Of a stretch of 64,000 nt of DNA, positions 8,393 to 18,192 are shown one piece after another. Below the pieces are notes generated by a model that saw only the letters and a list, made by a program, of their open reading frames with translations, had not been told where the DNA came from and searched no databases. Location: NCBI GenBank assembly GCA_030588745.1, contig JAUUXB010000002.1:4683-68682 (forward strand), written 5' to 3'. Origin of the DNA: a bacterium. Lineage in GTDB: Bacteria > Patescibacteriota > Minisyncoccia > Minisyncoccales > JANBVM01. Positions within the stretch are counted from its first letter, which is position 1, and each line of letters opens with the position of its first letter. Both the position numbers and the translations under genes were made by a program.

Positions 8393-11064
8393 ATTTTAAT
8401 TAAATCTTTTGTACTTAAAAATATTATTTTCTCATTTTGAAAATCAATTACTACTCTTTTTTCTTTTTCAAAATCTCCAGAAATAATCTTTAAAGACAAT
8501 GGGTCTAAAATCTTTTTTTGAATCACTCTTTTTAATGGCCTGGCTCCTAAATTTGAGTCAAAACCTTTTTGAGCAACAAAGTCCTTAACCGACTCTGTAA
8601 TTTGAACATCAATATCTTTTTTCCCAAGTCTTTGAACAACTTTTTCAAGTTCAAGATTAACAATTTTCTTAATCTCTGGCTTGTTAAGATAATCAAAAAT
8701 TATGATTTCATCAATTCTGTTCAAAAACTCTGGCCTGAAATCATGTTTTAGGGCTGAAAGCACTTTTTCTCTTAAAGATTCTCTTTGCTTTTTTTCCTCA
8801 TCTCCGCCAATAAAACCTAGTGAAGCCTGCCGGGCAATAATATCACTTCCTACATTTGAAGTCATAATCAAAGTTGCATTTTTAAAAGAAGCTACTCTTC
8901 CTTTTGCATCAGTAAGCCGTCCATCTTCTAAAATCTGAAGAAGAATATTAAACACCTCTGGATGAGCTTTTTCAATTTCATCTAATAGTATTACACTATA
9001 CGGCCTTCTCCTTATCTTTTCAGTTAACTGACCGCCTTCATCATAACCAACATAGCCAGGAGGAGAACCTATCATTTTGGAAACAGTGTGTTTTTCCATA
9101 TATTCTGACATATCTAATCTGACCATTGCGTTTTCATCATTGAACAGGAAATTAGCTAAAGCTTTGGCAGTTTCTGTTTTTCCCACTCCAGTAGGCCCTA
9201 AAAACATAAATGAACCCAATGGCCTATTTTCCTCAGAAATTCCAGCCCTTGCCCGTCTAATAGCATTAGAAATTGCAAGAATAGCCTGTTTTTGACCAAT
9301 AACCCGCCTGCTAATAATGTTCTCCATTTTCTCTAGCTTTTTAACTTCTTTTTCAAGCAATCTTGTTAAAGGAATTCCTGTCCACCTTGAAACTACTTTA
9401 ACAATATCTTCTTCTGTTGCCTCGTCCTTTAAAAGAGGGTTTTTTCCCTGAATTCTTACTAATTTTTTCTCAGCACTTTTAAGTTCTTTTAAAAGCTCAG
9501 GGATTTTTCCATATTTTAACTCAGCTACTTTTTGCAAATTAGCTTCAGAAATCCCTTTTTCAGCTTCAAAGCGGGCATTTTCAATTTCTGATTTAATGGT
9601 TTTAATTTTTACAATCAAATCCTTTTCTGTTTTCCATTTAGTTTGAATTGCTCTTTGTCTTTCTGTTAAATCTGAAAGTTGTCTTGAGATTACTTTAAGC
9701 TTAATTTTGATTCCTTTTTCTTTTTTCAGAGCTTCTTGTTTAATTTGTAATTTATTAATTTCTCTTTTTAAATTCTCTAATTTAGAGGGTTCTGATTCAA
9801 TTTCCAATCTTAAAGCACTCATTGCTTCATCCATTAAATCAACTGCTTTGTCAGGCAAAAACCTGTCAGAAATATATCTAGCAGCTAACTGAACACAAGT
9901 GACTAAAGCAGAATCCTTGATTTTTACGCCATGATGAAGCTCATATTTTTCTTTTATTCCTCTTAAAATTAAAATAGTGTCTTCAATTGAAGGCTCTGCC
10001 ACATAAATTGGCTGAAACCTTCGTTCTAATGTCTGATCTTTTTCAATGTATTTCTGATATTCCTTTATGGTTGTAGCTCCAATTGCGCGCAGTTCTCCAC
10101 GAGCCAAAGCTGGCTTTAAAAGATTTGAAGCATCAATTGCACCTTCAGCAGCTCCTGCTCCAACCAATGTATGAAGCTCATCAATGAATAATAAATACTT
10201 GCCATCAGCCCTATTAATTTCTTTTATAAATGCTTTGATCCTGTCTTCAAATTCACCTCTATACCTTGTTCCTGCTATTAAAGCTCCTAAGTCCATTCCT
10301 ATCACCTCTTTATCTTTCAAGCTCTCAGGCACCTGACCCGTAATAATACGTTGGGCTAAGCCCTCAACAATAGCTGTTTTTCCAACACCTGCTTCACCAA
10401 TTAAAACCGGGTTGTTTTTTCTTCTTCGTGAAAGTATCTGCATTAACCTTCTTATTTCATTCTCTCTGCCAACTACTGGGTCGAGTTTGCCCTTTCTGGC
10501 TAAAGAAGTAAGGTTGCGAGCATATTTCTCAATTACCTGATATTTTGTTTCAGGTTTTGGGTCAGTAATTCTATGACCTCCTCTTAGCTTGGCTAGTTCA
10601 GTTGAAAATATCTGGTAATCTAATCTGCCGAACTGCAAAGAACCAACCTCTGTTTTTGGCTTTAAAAAACTGGCTTTATCCAAGATTTCTTTTGCTTTTG
10701 TATCAGCATCCAAAAGACCTAAGAATAAATGCTCAATAGAAATAAATTCATCTCCCATTCTGCTGGCTTCTTTTTTTGCTTTGTCTAAAATCTTTGCCAT
10801 ATCCTGAGTAAGATAAAGCTGGCCCAGGGTCCGAGGGGTAATGATTGTAGGAATCTTGCCCAAACTTAATTCTGTTTTTTTCTTTAATCCTTCAATGTCA
10901 ACACCAAGCCGTTCAAGAACATTTACAATAATACTTTCTGACTGCTTAAGCAAAACATAAAGTAAGTGCAAAGCATCAATCTGCTGCTGCTCTTTTTTTC
11001 TGGCTAATTCCTGGGCAGACATTATTGCCTCTTGGCTTTTATGAGTAAATTGTCCTCCGTTCAT
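8359..11064 (-). CDS. clpB: ATP-dependent chaperone ClpB
   Basis: Clp N domain, two AAA+ modules ([16 protein letters not shown]), long coiled-coil middle domain. Confidence 0.95.
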   Translation of the reverse strand: MNGGQFTHKSQEAIMSAQELARKKEQQQIDALHLLYVLLKQSESIIVNVLERLGVDIEGLKKKTELSLGKIPTIITPRTLGQLYLTQDMAKILDKAKKEASRMGDEFISIEHLFLGLLDADTKAKEILDKASFLKPKTEVGSLQFGRLDYQIFSTELAKLRGGHRITDPKPETKYQVIEKYARNLTSLARKGKLDPVVGRENEIRRLMQILSRRRKNNPVLIGEAGVGKTAIVEGLAQRIITGQVPESLKDKEVIGMDLGALIAGTRYRGEFEDRIKAFIKEINRADGKYLLFIDELHTLVGAGAAEGAIDASNLLKPALARGELRAIGATTIKEYQKYIEKDQTLERRFQPIYVAEPSIEDTILILRGIKEKYELHHGVKIKDSALVTCVQLAARYISDRFLPDKAVDLMDEAMSALRLEIESEPSKLENLKREINKLQIKQEALKKEKGIKIKLKVISRQLSDLTERQRAIQTKWKTEKDLIVKIKTIKSEIENARFEAEKGISEANLQKVAELKYGKIPELLKELKSAEKKLVRIQGKNPLLKDEATEEDIVKVVSRWTGIPLTRLLEKEVKKLEKMENIISRRVIGQKQAILAISNAIRRARAGISEENRPLGSFMFLGPTGVGKTETAKALANFLFNDENAMVRLDMSEYMEKHTVSKMIGSPPGYVGYDEGGQLTEKIRRRPYSVILLDEIEKAHPEVFNILLQILEDGRLTDAKGRVASFKNATLIMTSNVGSDIIARQASLGFIGGDEEKKQRESLREKVLSALKHDFRPEFLNRIDEIIIFDYLNKPEIKKIVNLELEKVVQRLGKKDIDVQITESVKDFVAQKGFDSNLGARPLKRVIQKKILDPLSLKIISGDFEKEKRVVIDFQNEKIIFLSTKDLIKMKQRKRPRVSV

Positions 11065-11152
11065 ATAAATTTATTATAAAATAAAACACGAAAAAATCAA
11101 GCAAAAAGAGCAAAAAACAAAAATTATTCTTTGCTCCTGTAAATATTAACTA

Positions 11153-13243
11153 TTAACTGCTTCTTTCTCCCAAAACCAATGAAATAATTTTTTCTTGTTC
11201 TTCGCTTAAAACCTTTAGAGTTATCTCGTCTTCTGGAGAGTATTTCATAATGATTTTTGCCAAAGTGTTCTTAATTGTTATTTTCTCATTATTAAACTCT
11301 AAAATTATGTCTCCTTCCTTTATCCCAGCATCATCTGCAACTGAATCAGGAAACACAGCTGGTTCTCCCTGAGAGCCTTTTATAACCCAAACGCCATAAT
11401 CAACTGATAAATCATTCTTCTCTTTAATTTCTTCAGTAATTAAAACATATCTTACGCCTAAAAACGGATAAACAATCCTGCCTATGCTTTTAACTTGTTC
11501 AACATCTCTTTTAGCTTTGTTTATAGGGATAGCAAAACCAATACTCTGGCCTTCAAGATCAATGGCAGTGTTAATGCCCATAACTTCTCCTTTTGAATTT
11601 AAAAGCGGACCTCCGGAATTTCCCTTGTTAATAGCTGTATCAGTTTGGATTATGTCCTCTAAGACCTCAACAAAATCTCCGCTTGATGCTTCGATTGTCC
11701 TGCCCAGTCCAGAAATTATACCAACTGAAACAGTATTCTGGTATCTTCCCAAAACATAACCAATAGCAATTGCAGTCTGTCCAATCTGGATTTTATCAGA
11801 ATCTCCAAGTTCCACTTTAGAAAAAGATTCAAAACTCACCTCTCCATCGCTTGTTATTGTTTTTGTCTGGTCAATCTTTAATATTGCTATGTCTTGCAAA
11901 GGGTCTCTGGCCAATACTTTTGCTGGAAACTGCTTGCCACTAGAAACAACAACAGTATAATCTGCCTCGTCGTCTAAAACAACGTGTTTGTTAGTTACAA
12001 TCATGCCATCTTCAGAAACAATAAATCCTGTTCCTCCGCCTATTTCTTTTTTCTCAGTTCCTTTTTGCCTATATTGAGGAACTTTAAAATCAAAAAATGG
12101 TTCAAAGAAAAATTCTTCAAAAGGAGAAATGTAGTATTGTTCCAATACTGGTAAATCTTTTGTGACAATAATACTCACTACTGCTGGTGAAACTTTTTCC
12201 ACCACATTAACAATTGCCTGCTCTTGAAAAGTATAAAGAGATTGCTCCTCTTCATTTTTTTGAGGCCTTGCAATCTCTATATTTAACCTGCTAAAAAAAT
12301 CCTTTATTTCCCAGTAAAAGTAGCTTCCAGAAATTGCGCCTGCTAAAAATCCAAAAACAGATGATGTAAAAATCACCAGAATTAAAAATAAAAAAGCTTG
12401 TTTTTTAGAGAATTTAGCAAATTCTGATTTTACTGGCTTTAAAAGTTTCAATTTTCCTGATTTGAGTTTCGGTAATTTAATTGTTGGAAATTTTATTTTT
12501 GGCAGTTTATACATAGTACTCGTATTATAACCTATTTTATTTTTGATTTTCAATGAATAATCAAATCTATACTGAAAAATATCTGATTTTATTGAACCGA
12601 AAAAAAGCATCCAGAGCCCTGCCAAAATATATCTTAAATAGGTTATTAATCTTCCGTCTTTTTCAAATCTTCTGGCAGACACTAAAACAGGGCTGATATC
12701 AATAAAACCAAATTTACCGTATTTTTTAGCCCTTTTTACATAATCATGATCCTCAGCAAACTTTACTTTTTCATCAAAACCCTTAATTGCCTGATTGATT
12801 TCTTTTTTAACTAAAATAACATTAGTGGCATGAGGTAAAAAACTCTGGCTTAATTTTGCCCATAAATTATATAGCCAGTAAAAGATCTTATCAATTATTT
12901 TTCCCTGAGGATAGATTGGAAAACTTGCTACGCTTAGATTCCTGCTTTTAAAGTTCTCAACAAGATCATTTAAAAACCTAACTGGTAAAGATATAGCGTC
13001 AGCATCTATAAACAAAAATAAATCCCCAGAAGCAATCTTAGCTCCCTCATTTCTTCCTTTGGGCGGCAGACCTCCTTCTGTTATTTTACAGCCAAAGCTC
13101 TTTGCTATTTTAACTGTATCATCTTGTGAATTAGCATCAGCAACAATTATTTCATAGTCCTTAAAGCCTTGATTCTTGATTTCTGTAAGAAGTAAAGGAA
13201 GATATTCTTCTTCATTTAAAGTTGGAATAATAATGCTTAACAT
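11153..13243 (-). CDS. GT2 glycosyltransferase read through in frame into HtrA/DegP protease (trypsin + PDZ)
   Basis: N-terminal LSIIIPTLNEE...IVAD...FIDAD; C-terminal TNKHV, DTAINKGNSGGPL and PDZ; probable second start at ATG 12514. Confidence 0.85.
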   Translation of the reverse strand: MLSIIIPTLNEEEYLPLLLTEIKNQGFKDYEIIVADANSQDDTVKIAKSFGCKITEGGLPPKGRNEGAKIASGDLFLFIDADAISLPVRFLNDLVENFKSRNLSVASFPIYPQGKIIDKIFYWLYNLWAKLSQSFLPHATNVILVKKEINQAIKGFDEKVKFAEDHDYVKRAKKYGKFGFIDISPVLVSARRFEKDGRLITYLRYILAGLWMLFFGSIKSDIFQYRFDYSLKIKNKIGYNTSTMYKLPKIKFPTIKLPKLKSGKLKLLKPVKSEFAKFSKKQAFLFLILVIFTSSVFGFLAGAISGSYFYWEIKDFFSRLNIEIARPQKNEEEQSLYTFQEQAIVNVVEKVSPAVVSIIVTKDLPVLEQYYISPFEEFFFEPFFDFKVPQYRQKGTEKKEIGGGTGFIVSEDGMIVTNKHVVLDDEADYTVVVSSGKQFPAKVLARDPLQDIAILKIDQTKTITSDGEVSFESFSKVELGDSDKIQIGQTAIAIGYVLGRYQNTVSVGIISGLGRTIEASSGDFVEVLEDIIQTDTAINKGNSGGPLLNSKGEVMGINTAIDLEGQSIGFAIPINKAKRDVEQVKSIGRIVYPFLGVRYVLITEEIKEKNDLSVDYGVWVIKGSQGEPAVFPDSVADDAGIKEGDIILEFNNEKITIKNTLAKIIMKYSPEDEITLKVLSEEQEKIISLVLGERSS

Positions 13244-13245
13244 GT

Positions 13246-14235
13246 TTAAAATAATTCTCTGGCTTGCTCCCAGATTTCAATGTTTTCATGTTTCTCTTTT
13301 AACCAAAACCACCATTCAGCTCCCCATAAATAAAACTTGTCTAATCCTGTGTTCTTGGCAAATTCAATGTTTTTATTAAAGCGCTCAAGATTCATTGTTT
13401 TGTCCTGTTCTTCAAAAGAACATTCATAAAGCCGGTCAGGACACCAGGGTTCTGCCTGAAGCTCAACAGAAATTACATCTTTATTGAAAAGCTTTTTAAT
13501 AATCTCTGATTTTCTCCAGTAAAAAACTGGTGGAAAAGGATAACTTATATATGCATTGATTTCTTCTAGCCAGGCTTTTTTATACATAGTTGTTCCAACA
13601 ATATCTCCCATCCTAGCTGCTTCAATCCAGAAAGACCACTCACCACTATCTGAAACTATTATTGGCTTTGTACTGTCAAGCGATTTAATAAACTCAATTT
13701 CCTGCCTTACGAAATTCTTATCAATCCAGGGACATTCTCCAAAAGGAAAAAGGGGTTCATTTTCCGCCATCCAGGCAGTGATTACAGGGCTTTGTTTGTA
13801 TCTTGAAACAATTGTTTCAATTAAGTTCAAAATTCTTTGTTGTTGTTCCTGCTTGTTTAAACTTTCTGCCCAGTCAGGAATATGGCATTCTGGCCAGGAA
13901 CCAGTTTTCATCCCAATCACTAAAACAATATTTGCATTTTTCATTTCTGCCTGTTCAATCTGCCAGTCCAAATCCTCAAAATTAAACTCATTTTCTTTTT
14001 TTTCAAGCAAATCCCAGAACGTAATAAGCTTTATATCTTTTACATTTAAGTCAGAAAGTATTTCTGTATAAGCTTTTCTCCAGTCCAGGCCAAAATTCTG
14101 GGCATGCTTTTGAGAAAAGTTCACGCCAAAAGTTATTTTTTCTGCTTTTGGTGGAGTGCCAATAAAAAAATAACTGATTAAAACAAACAAAATTATTAAT
14201 AAAAAAAATACAATATTTTTATACTTTATTGTCAT
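13246..14235 (-). CDS. membrane-anchored clan GH-A glycoside hydrolase (GH5/GH42-like)
   Basis: N-terminal TM; ENEP acid/base motif; ELQAEPW. Confidence 0.7.
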   Translation of the reverse strand: MTIKYKNIVFFLLIILFVLISYFFIGTPPKAEKITFGVNFSQKHAQNFGLDWRKAYTEILSDLNVKDIKLITFWDLLEKKENEFNFEDLDWQIEQAEMKNANIVLVIGMKTGSWPECHIPDWAESLNKQEQQQRILNLIETIVSRYKQSPVITAWMAENEPLFPFGECPWIDKNFVRQEIEFIKSLDSTKPIIVSDSGEWSFWIEAARMGDIVGTTMYKKAWLEEINAYISYPFPPVFYWRKSEIIKKLFNKDVISVELQAEPWCPDRLYECSFEEQDKTMNLERFNKNIEFAKNTGLDKFYLWGAEWWFWLKEKHENIEIWEQARELF

Positions 14236-14241
14236 AAAACT

Positions 14242-15543
14242 TTATAAGGGAAAGCCAGGGGGCTGGGAAGCTATTTCTTCAATATTAAAAACTCCTCTTT
14301 TCTCAGCTTCAATAAACCCTTCCATTGCTGCTTCAGCAAACCATCCACTTTCAAGTAAATCAAAAAGCCATTCATTAGTGTAATCCGGGTCCTGCTGAAC
14401 AATACCAGAACCAAGCTTTAAAAGCCACTCACGATTATAATGTTCTTGAGAACCAATTGAAGGAGCAATAATAATTGGCAAGCCCAAACCAGTATAAAAG
14501 GAAAGTTCGCTTGGTTTTGTCCATAAAATATCAGATTTTCTTAAAGCTGAATTAAAATCATTAAAATAACCTTGTATGCTATTGTTAAAAATTATTTCAA
14601 CACCTGTTTTCAAACCCAAATTTTCAATACAATTTAAAAAGTAATTCTTAACACGCTCTCTTGTTCCAGCAACTAAGATAAGTTTAAGTTGTTCATTCTG
14701 GATTTCGTTTTTTAAACTTTTAAGAATCTTATAGCCAACTTCTCTCTGGGCGCCTGCTCCTCCCACAGCAAACATAACTGTAAAAATATGGTCTGATTTT
14801 TCAGGCAAATCCCCTACATATTTATCAATTAAAATCTGGTACTGATGAAAATATCTTTTTTTAGGGTCAAGATTCAACAATCTGCATGCCAAATCATGTT
14901 TTAGAATTTCCAAATCCTTAGTGCCAATATTTTCCAAAGGCAAAGGATAACCTGTAAAAAAAATGTTTTCTGGCTTCGCACCATAAAGCTTTAACCTTTC
15001 AACAACTCTTTTGGTTGGTGCAAAATACTTAATCCTGCTTGATTTTGGTTTTAAAGCAGCCCAGGGCCTTGCAATATCAGCATCACAAACAACACAATAT
15101 ATATCACTGGGATAATTAAAAAACTCTGCCATAAAAGTAGGTGTAAAAAAAGTTGAAATAATTGGACGGGGTTTTTCTTTTAATTTTTCAATTAAATGCT
15201 TTCCCCAGCCACCTTTAAATAAAGAATAGATTTTTTTTAAAGAGAAATTGGGTTTTGATAAATCTCTTTTAGGATAAAAGGTAAGGATTCTTTGAAATCT
15301 ATCAAAAACAGAAAAAGAAAATTCCCCAATCAAAGGAACTCTTTTAAATCTTGAAATGGTCTCATAAAGTTTTCTTGTTGATTGCCAGATATTTCTGTCT
15401 TTTTTGGGAATACCTTGATAGTTATTGGCATTAATAATTTCATTTTCAAAAGCCAGATGTTTTAAAGGATAAGCAGTTCTTTGATGACCATAACCCATGT
15501 CAACACTAACAACCCAAACTTTTTGTTTGTCAGAATGATTCAT
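14242..15543 (-). CDS. GT-B fold glycosyltransferase-like protein (MGDG synthase-related)
   Basis: SVDMGYGHQR, GYPLP, WTKPSE, GSQE motifs. Confidence 0.7.
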   Translation of the reverse strand: MNHSDKQKVWVVSVDMGYGHQRTAYPLKHLAFENEIINANNYQGIPKKDRNIWQSTRKLYETISRFKRVPLIGEFSFSVFDRFQRILTFYPKRDLSKPNFSLKKIYSLFKGGWGKHLIEKLKEKPRPIISTFFTPTFMAEFFNYPSDIYCVVCDADIARPWAALKPKSSRIKYFAPTKRVVERLKLYGAKPENIFFTGYPLPLENIGTKDLEILKHDLACRLLNLDPKKRYFHQYQILIDKYVGDLPEKSDHIFTVMFAVGGAGAQREVGYKILKSLKNEIQNEQLKLILVAGTRERVKNYFLNCIENLGLKTGVEIIFNNSIQGYFNDFNSALRKSDILWTKPSELSFYTGLGLPIIIAPSIGSQEHYNREWLLKLGSGIVQQDPDYTNEWLFDLLESGWFAEAAMEGFIEAEKRGVFNIEEIASQPPGFPL

Positions 15544-15604
15544 TGAATTATTTTATCAAAAATTAAAGTGTTATGTAAGTTTTTTAAAAAAGAGGAGGTC
15601 TGTT

Positions 15605-17059
15605 TTAAAAAAGAAATTTCAATTTTTGTCTTTTTTGAATCTTTAAAATTAAAAAACCTAAAAATAGATAAAAGGCAAAAATCCACACAAAAGAAACATT
15701 TTTAAAAATTAAGTTCGTATAAGGAATTTTATAAGAAAAATCAATAATTTTTAAAATATAGGTTAAGATTAACCAAATTGGAAAAGAAAAAATTAATGCT
15801 AAGGCCTGGGAGAAAATCGCTAAAAGAGAAATTGTAAATCCTAAAATAGTGATCATTGGAAGCAAAGGAACAATCAAGACATTAACAATAGGTCCTATTA
15901 AAGGAATTTGACCAAAGTTATAAATCAAAATAGGAAAAGTAAAAGCTTGGGCGCTTAAGGTAGAAGCTAAACTATACCTTAATTCAAAATTATTTGGAAC
16001 TTTTTTAAATAAATTTAAAAATGTTGGCTGTAGATATACTAGTCCCATTACTGCTAAAAAAGAAAGTTGGAACCCTATATCTGCTATCAGCAGTGGATTA
16101 AAAAATAACATTAAGACCGCTGAAAAAACTATTGCCCCTGAAGCGCTGCCAGCTCTTCCAAAGTGCTGGGCTGTTAAAAGTATGATGCCCATTATACCAG
16201 CTCTTATTCCTGAAGCCAGAGCACCAATCATTAAAATATAGGAGATAATTATAATGATTGATAAGTAAAATGCCTGATGTCTCCAAAAGCCCAATGCTAA
16301 AAGAAAGTTTAAAACTAACACAGAAATGATTGTAATATTCATTCCAGAAACAGCAGTAATATGACGAGTACCACTTAAATTAAATTTATTTTTCCATTCT
16401 TCTGAGAAACTATCTTCATCTCCAAATAATAACCCTTCTAAAAGCGCTGATTGAGGCAAAGGAATTATTCTGTTTAAACTTTGTTTTAAACTATTTTTAA
16501 TTGAAAAAAGGGCTTTCATTATCCCATTTCCAAAATCTTTTTCTAATAATCCTATTTTTGGGAGAAACATTAAAGCATAGACTCCTTTTCTTGCCAAATA
16601 ATCCTTATAACTAAAATCTTCAAAGATTGGGGGCTCCTCTAATTTTCCAGCAATCTTTACCTTATCTCCATATTCATATTCAGGATATTTTGAAGTTGTT
16701 ATTAGAATCTTTCCATTGAAATTATCTGGTTGAATTTCAAACTGTTGGCTTTTCTCTTTTTGAACAGGTTGATTAGTGATAATGCTTTCAAAAACAACGT
16801 CTTGATTTATATAATTCTTAAAATCATTATTTTCAATTTTTGACTGAAATAAGTAATAACGCCACATTCCCAAAACTAAAAACAATGCATAAAAACTAAA
16901 AACTGCTATTCTTTTGTATTTCCAGAAAACTGAAATTGGAATTAAAGTAAAAATTAAAAATCCCAGTATTAATAACTGAGAGATTTGAAAAATTAAGCCA
17001 AGAGAGATACCTACAATAAAAGAAAGGCAGAGATACAAAAAGATTTTAGATTTTGTCAT
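15605..17059 (-). CDS. comEC: competence protein ComEC/Rec2
   Basis: GTRHITAVSGMN, RAGIMG, GFQLSFLA; multi-pass membrane. Confidence 0.9.
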   Translation of the reverse strand: MTKSKIFLYLCLSFIVGISLGLIFQISQLLILGFLIFTLIPISVFWKYKRIAVFSFYALFLVLGMWRYYLFQSKIENNDFKNYINQDVVFESIITNQPVQKEKSQQFEIQPDNFNGKILITTSKYPEYEYGDKVKIAGKLEEPPIFEDFSYKDYLARKGVYALMFLPKIGLLEKDFGNGIMKALFSIKNSLKQSLNRIIPLPQSALLEGLLFGDEDSFSEEWKNKFNLSGTRHITAVSGMNITIISVLVLNFLLALGFWRHQAFYLSIIIIISYILMIGALASGIRAGIMGIILLTAQHFGRAGSASGAIVFSAVLMLFFNPLLIADIGFQLSFLAVMGLVYLQPTFLNLFKKVPNNFELRYSLASTLSAQAFTFPILIYNFGQIPLIGPIVNVLIVPLLPMITILGFTISLLAIFSQALALIFSFPIWLILTYILKIIDFSYKIPYTNLIFKNVSFVWIFAFYLFLGFLILKIQKRQKLKFLF

Positions 17060-17115
17060 AATAATTTGACAAAGATTCCTAATCTCTGTAGTTTACTCAA
17101 TGGAGATGATGTTCT

Positions 17116-17346
17116 TTGTCAACAGCAAAAGAAATAAAAGAATTAATAGATAGAATGAATAAGGGTGAAGTAAGTATAGATGAGGGTATAGATGAAATGG
17201 GTGATCTCTTCGGAGAAGAAATTCTAAAAGAGTATAAAAAAGAATATAAAAAGTCTGACTCTCGCCCCGATTACTGGAAGATTGCAATAAAGGGTTTAAA
17301 AAGAATGTTAGAAGAAATGGAAAGAATTGAAGAAACCGAGAAGTAA
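17116..17346 (+). CDS. orphan hypothetical protein (76 aa)
   Basis: TTGACA promoter at about 17066, GGAGA SD, TTG start, downstream hairpin with T-run. Confidence 0.65.
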   Translation: MSTAKEIKELIDRMNKGEVSIDEGIDEMGDLFGEEILKEYKKEYKKSDSRPDYWKIAIKGLKRMLEEMERIEETEK

Positions 17347-17478
17347 CTCAAAAGTTATTTTTTAAAAAACCAGATGTCTACATCTCGGTCTTTTTTTACC
17401 AAGTAGAGAAATTTTGATTTGTTCTGTAAATGATGAAGTTTTTAAAAAGAAAACTTCAGTCAAAATTCTTCTACTGGG

Positions 17479-18189
17479 TTATCTCACCTCACAAACATCA
17501 AAAAAAGGAGAAATAGCTTTTTGGATTTCTAAGAGATATTCTCTGGGATAAGGTCTTAAGTTTTCAAATTCTGGATTTATTGTTTTCTCCCCTTTGAAAT
17601 TCTGTAAATAGTATCTTTTGGCTGGCTTTATCCAATGAACAATTTTCAAGATGTCTTTTTTTCCATGAAGGCCTGGCACCACAGTTGTTCTGAATTCATA
17701 ATCAATTCTGGATTTTTTTAAAATATCAATGCTTTTTTCAATCTTTTTTAAAATATTAGTTTTTAAAACTCCGGATATTCCAATAATCTGAAGGTATTTT
17801 TCTTTTGGAGCCTTAACATCCATTGCCACATAATCTATTAATTTTTTATCAATCAAATGTTTTAAGATTTTAGGATTTGAGCCATTGGTATCAAGTTTTA
17901 TTAAATAACCTAACTTTTTAATCTTTCTAATAAAGCTAGGCAACCGTGCATTTATAGTCGGTTCGCCCCCGCAGACCACAACTGCCTCTAATAACTCTTT
18001 TCTTTGTTTTAAAAAAGAAAAAAAATCTTTATTTGAAATAATTGGCTGAAGCTTAATTTTTTTAGGCAGAACAAGTTCTGATGAATAACAAAAACCACAG
18101 CGAAAATTACAGCCAATTAAAAAAACCGTGGCTGCTAAATGGCCAGGATAATCAATAAGAGTAAGTTTTTGAAGACCGCCAATCTTCAT
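17479..18189 (-). CDS. nrdG: anaerobic ribonucleotide reductase activating radical SAM protein
   Basis: CNFRCGFC, GGEPT, LDTNGS; adjacent to nrdD. Confidence 0.9.
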   Translation of the reverse strand: MKIGGLQKLTLIDYPGHLAATVFLIGCNFRCGFCYSSELVLPKKIKLQPIISNKDFFSFLKQRKELLEAVVVCGGEPTINARLPSFIRKIKKLGYLIKLDTNGSNPKILKHLIDKKLIDYVAMDVKAPKEKYLQIIGISGVLKTNILKKIEKSIDILKKSRIDYEFRTTVVPGLHGKKDILKIVHWIKPAKRYYLQNFKGEKTINPEFENLRPYPREYLLEIQKAISPFFDVCEVR

Positions 18190-18192
18190 AAA

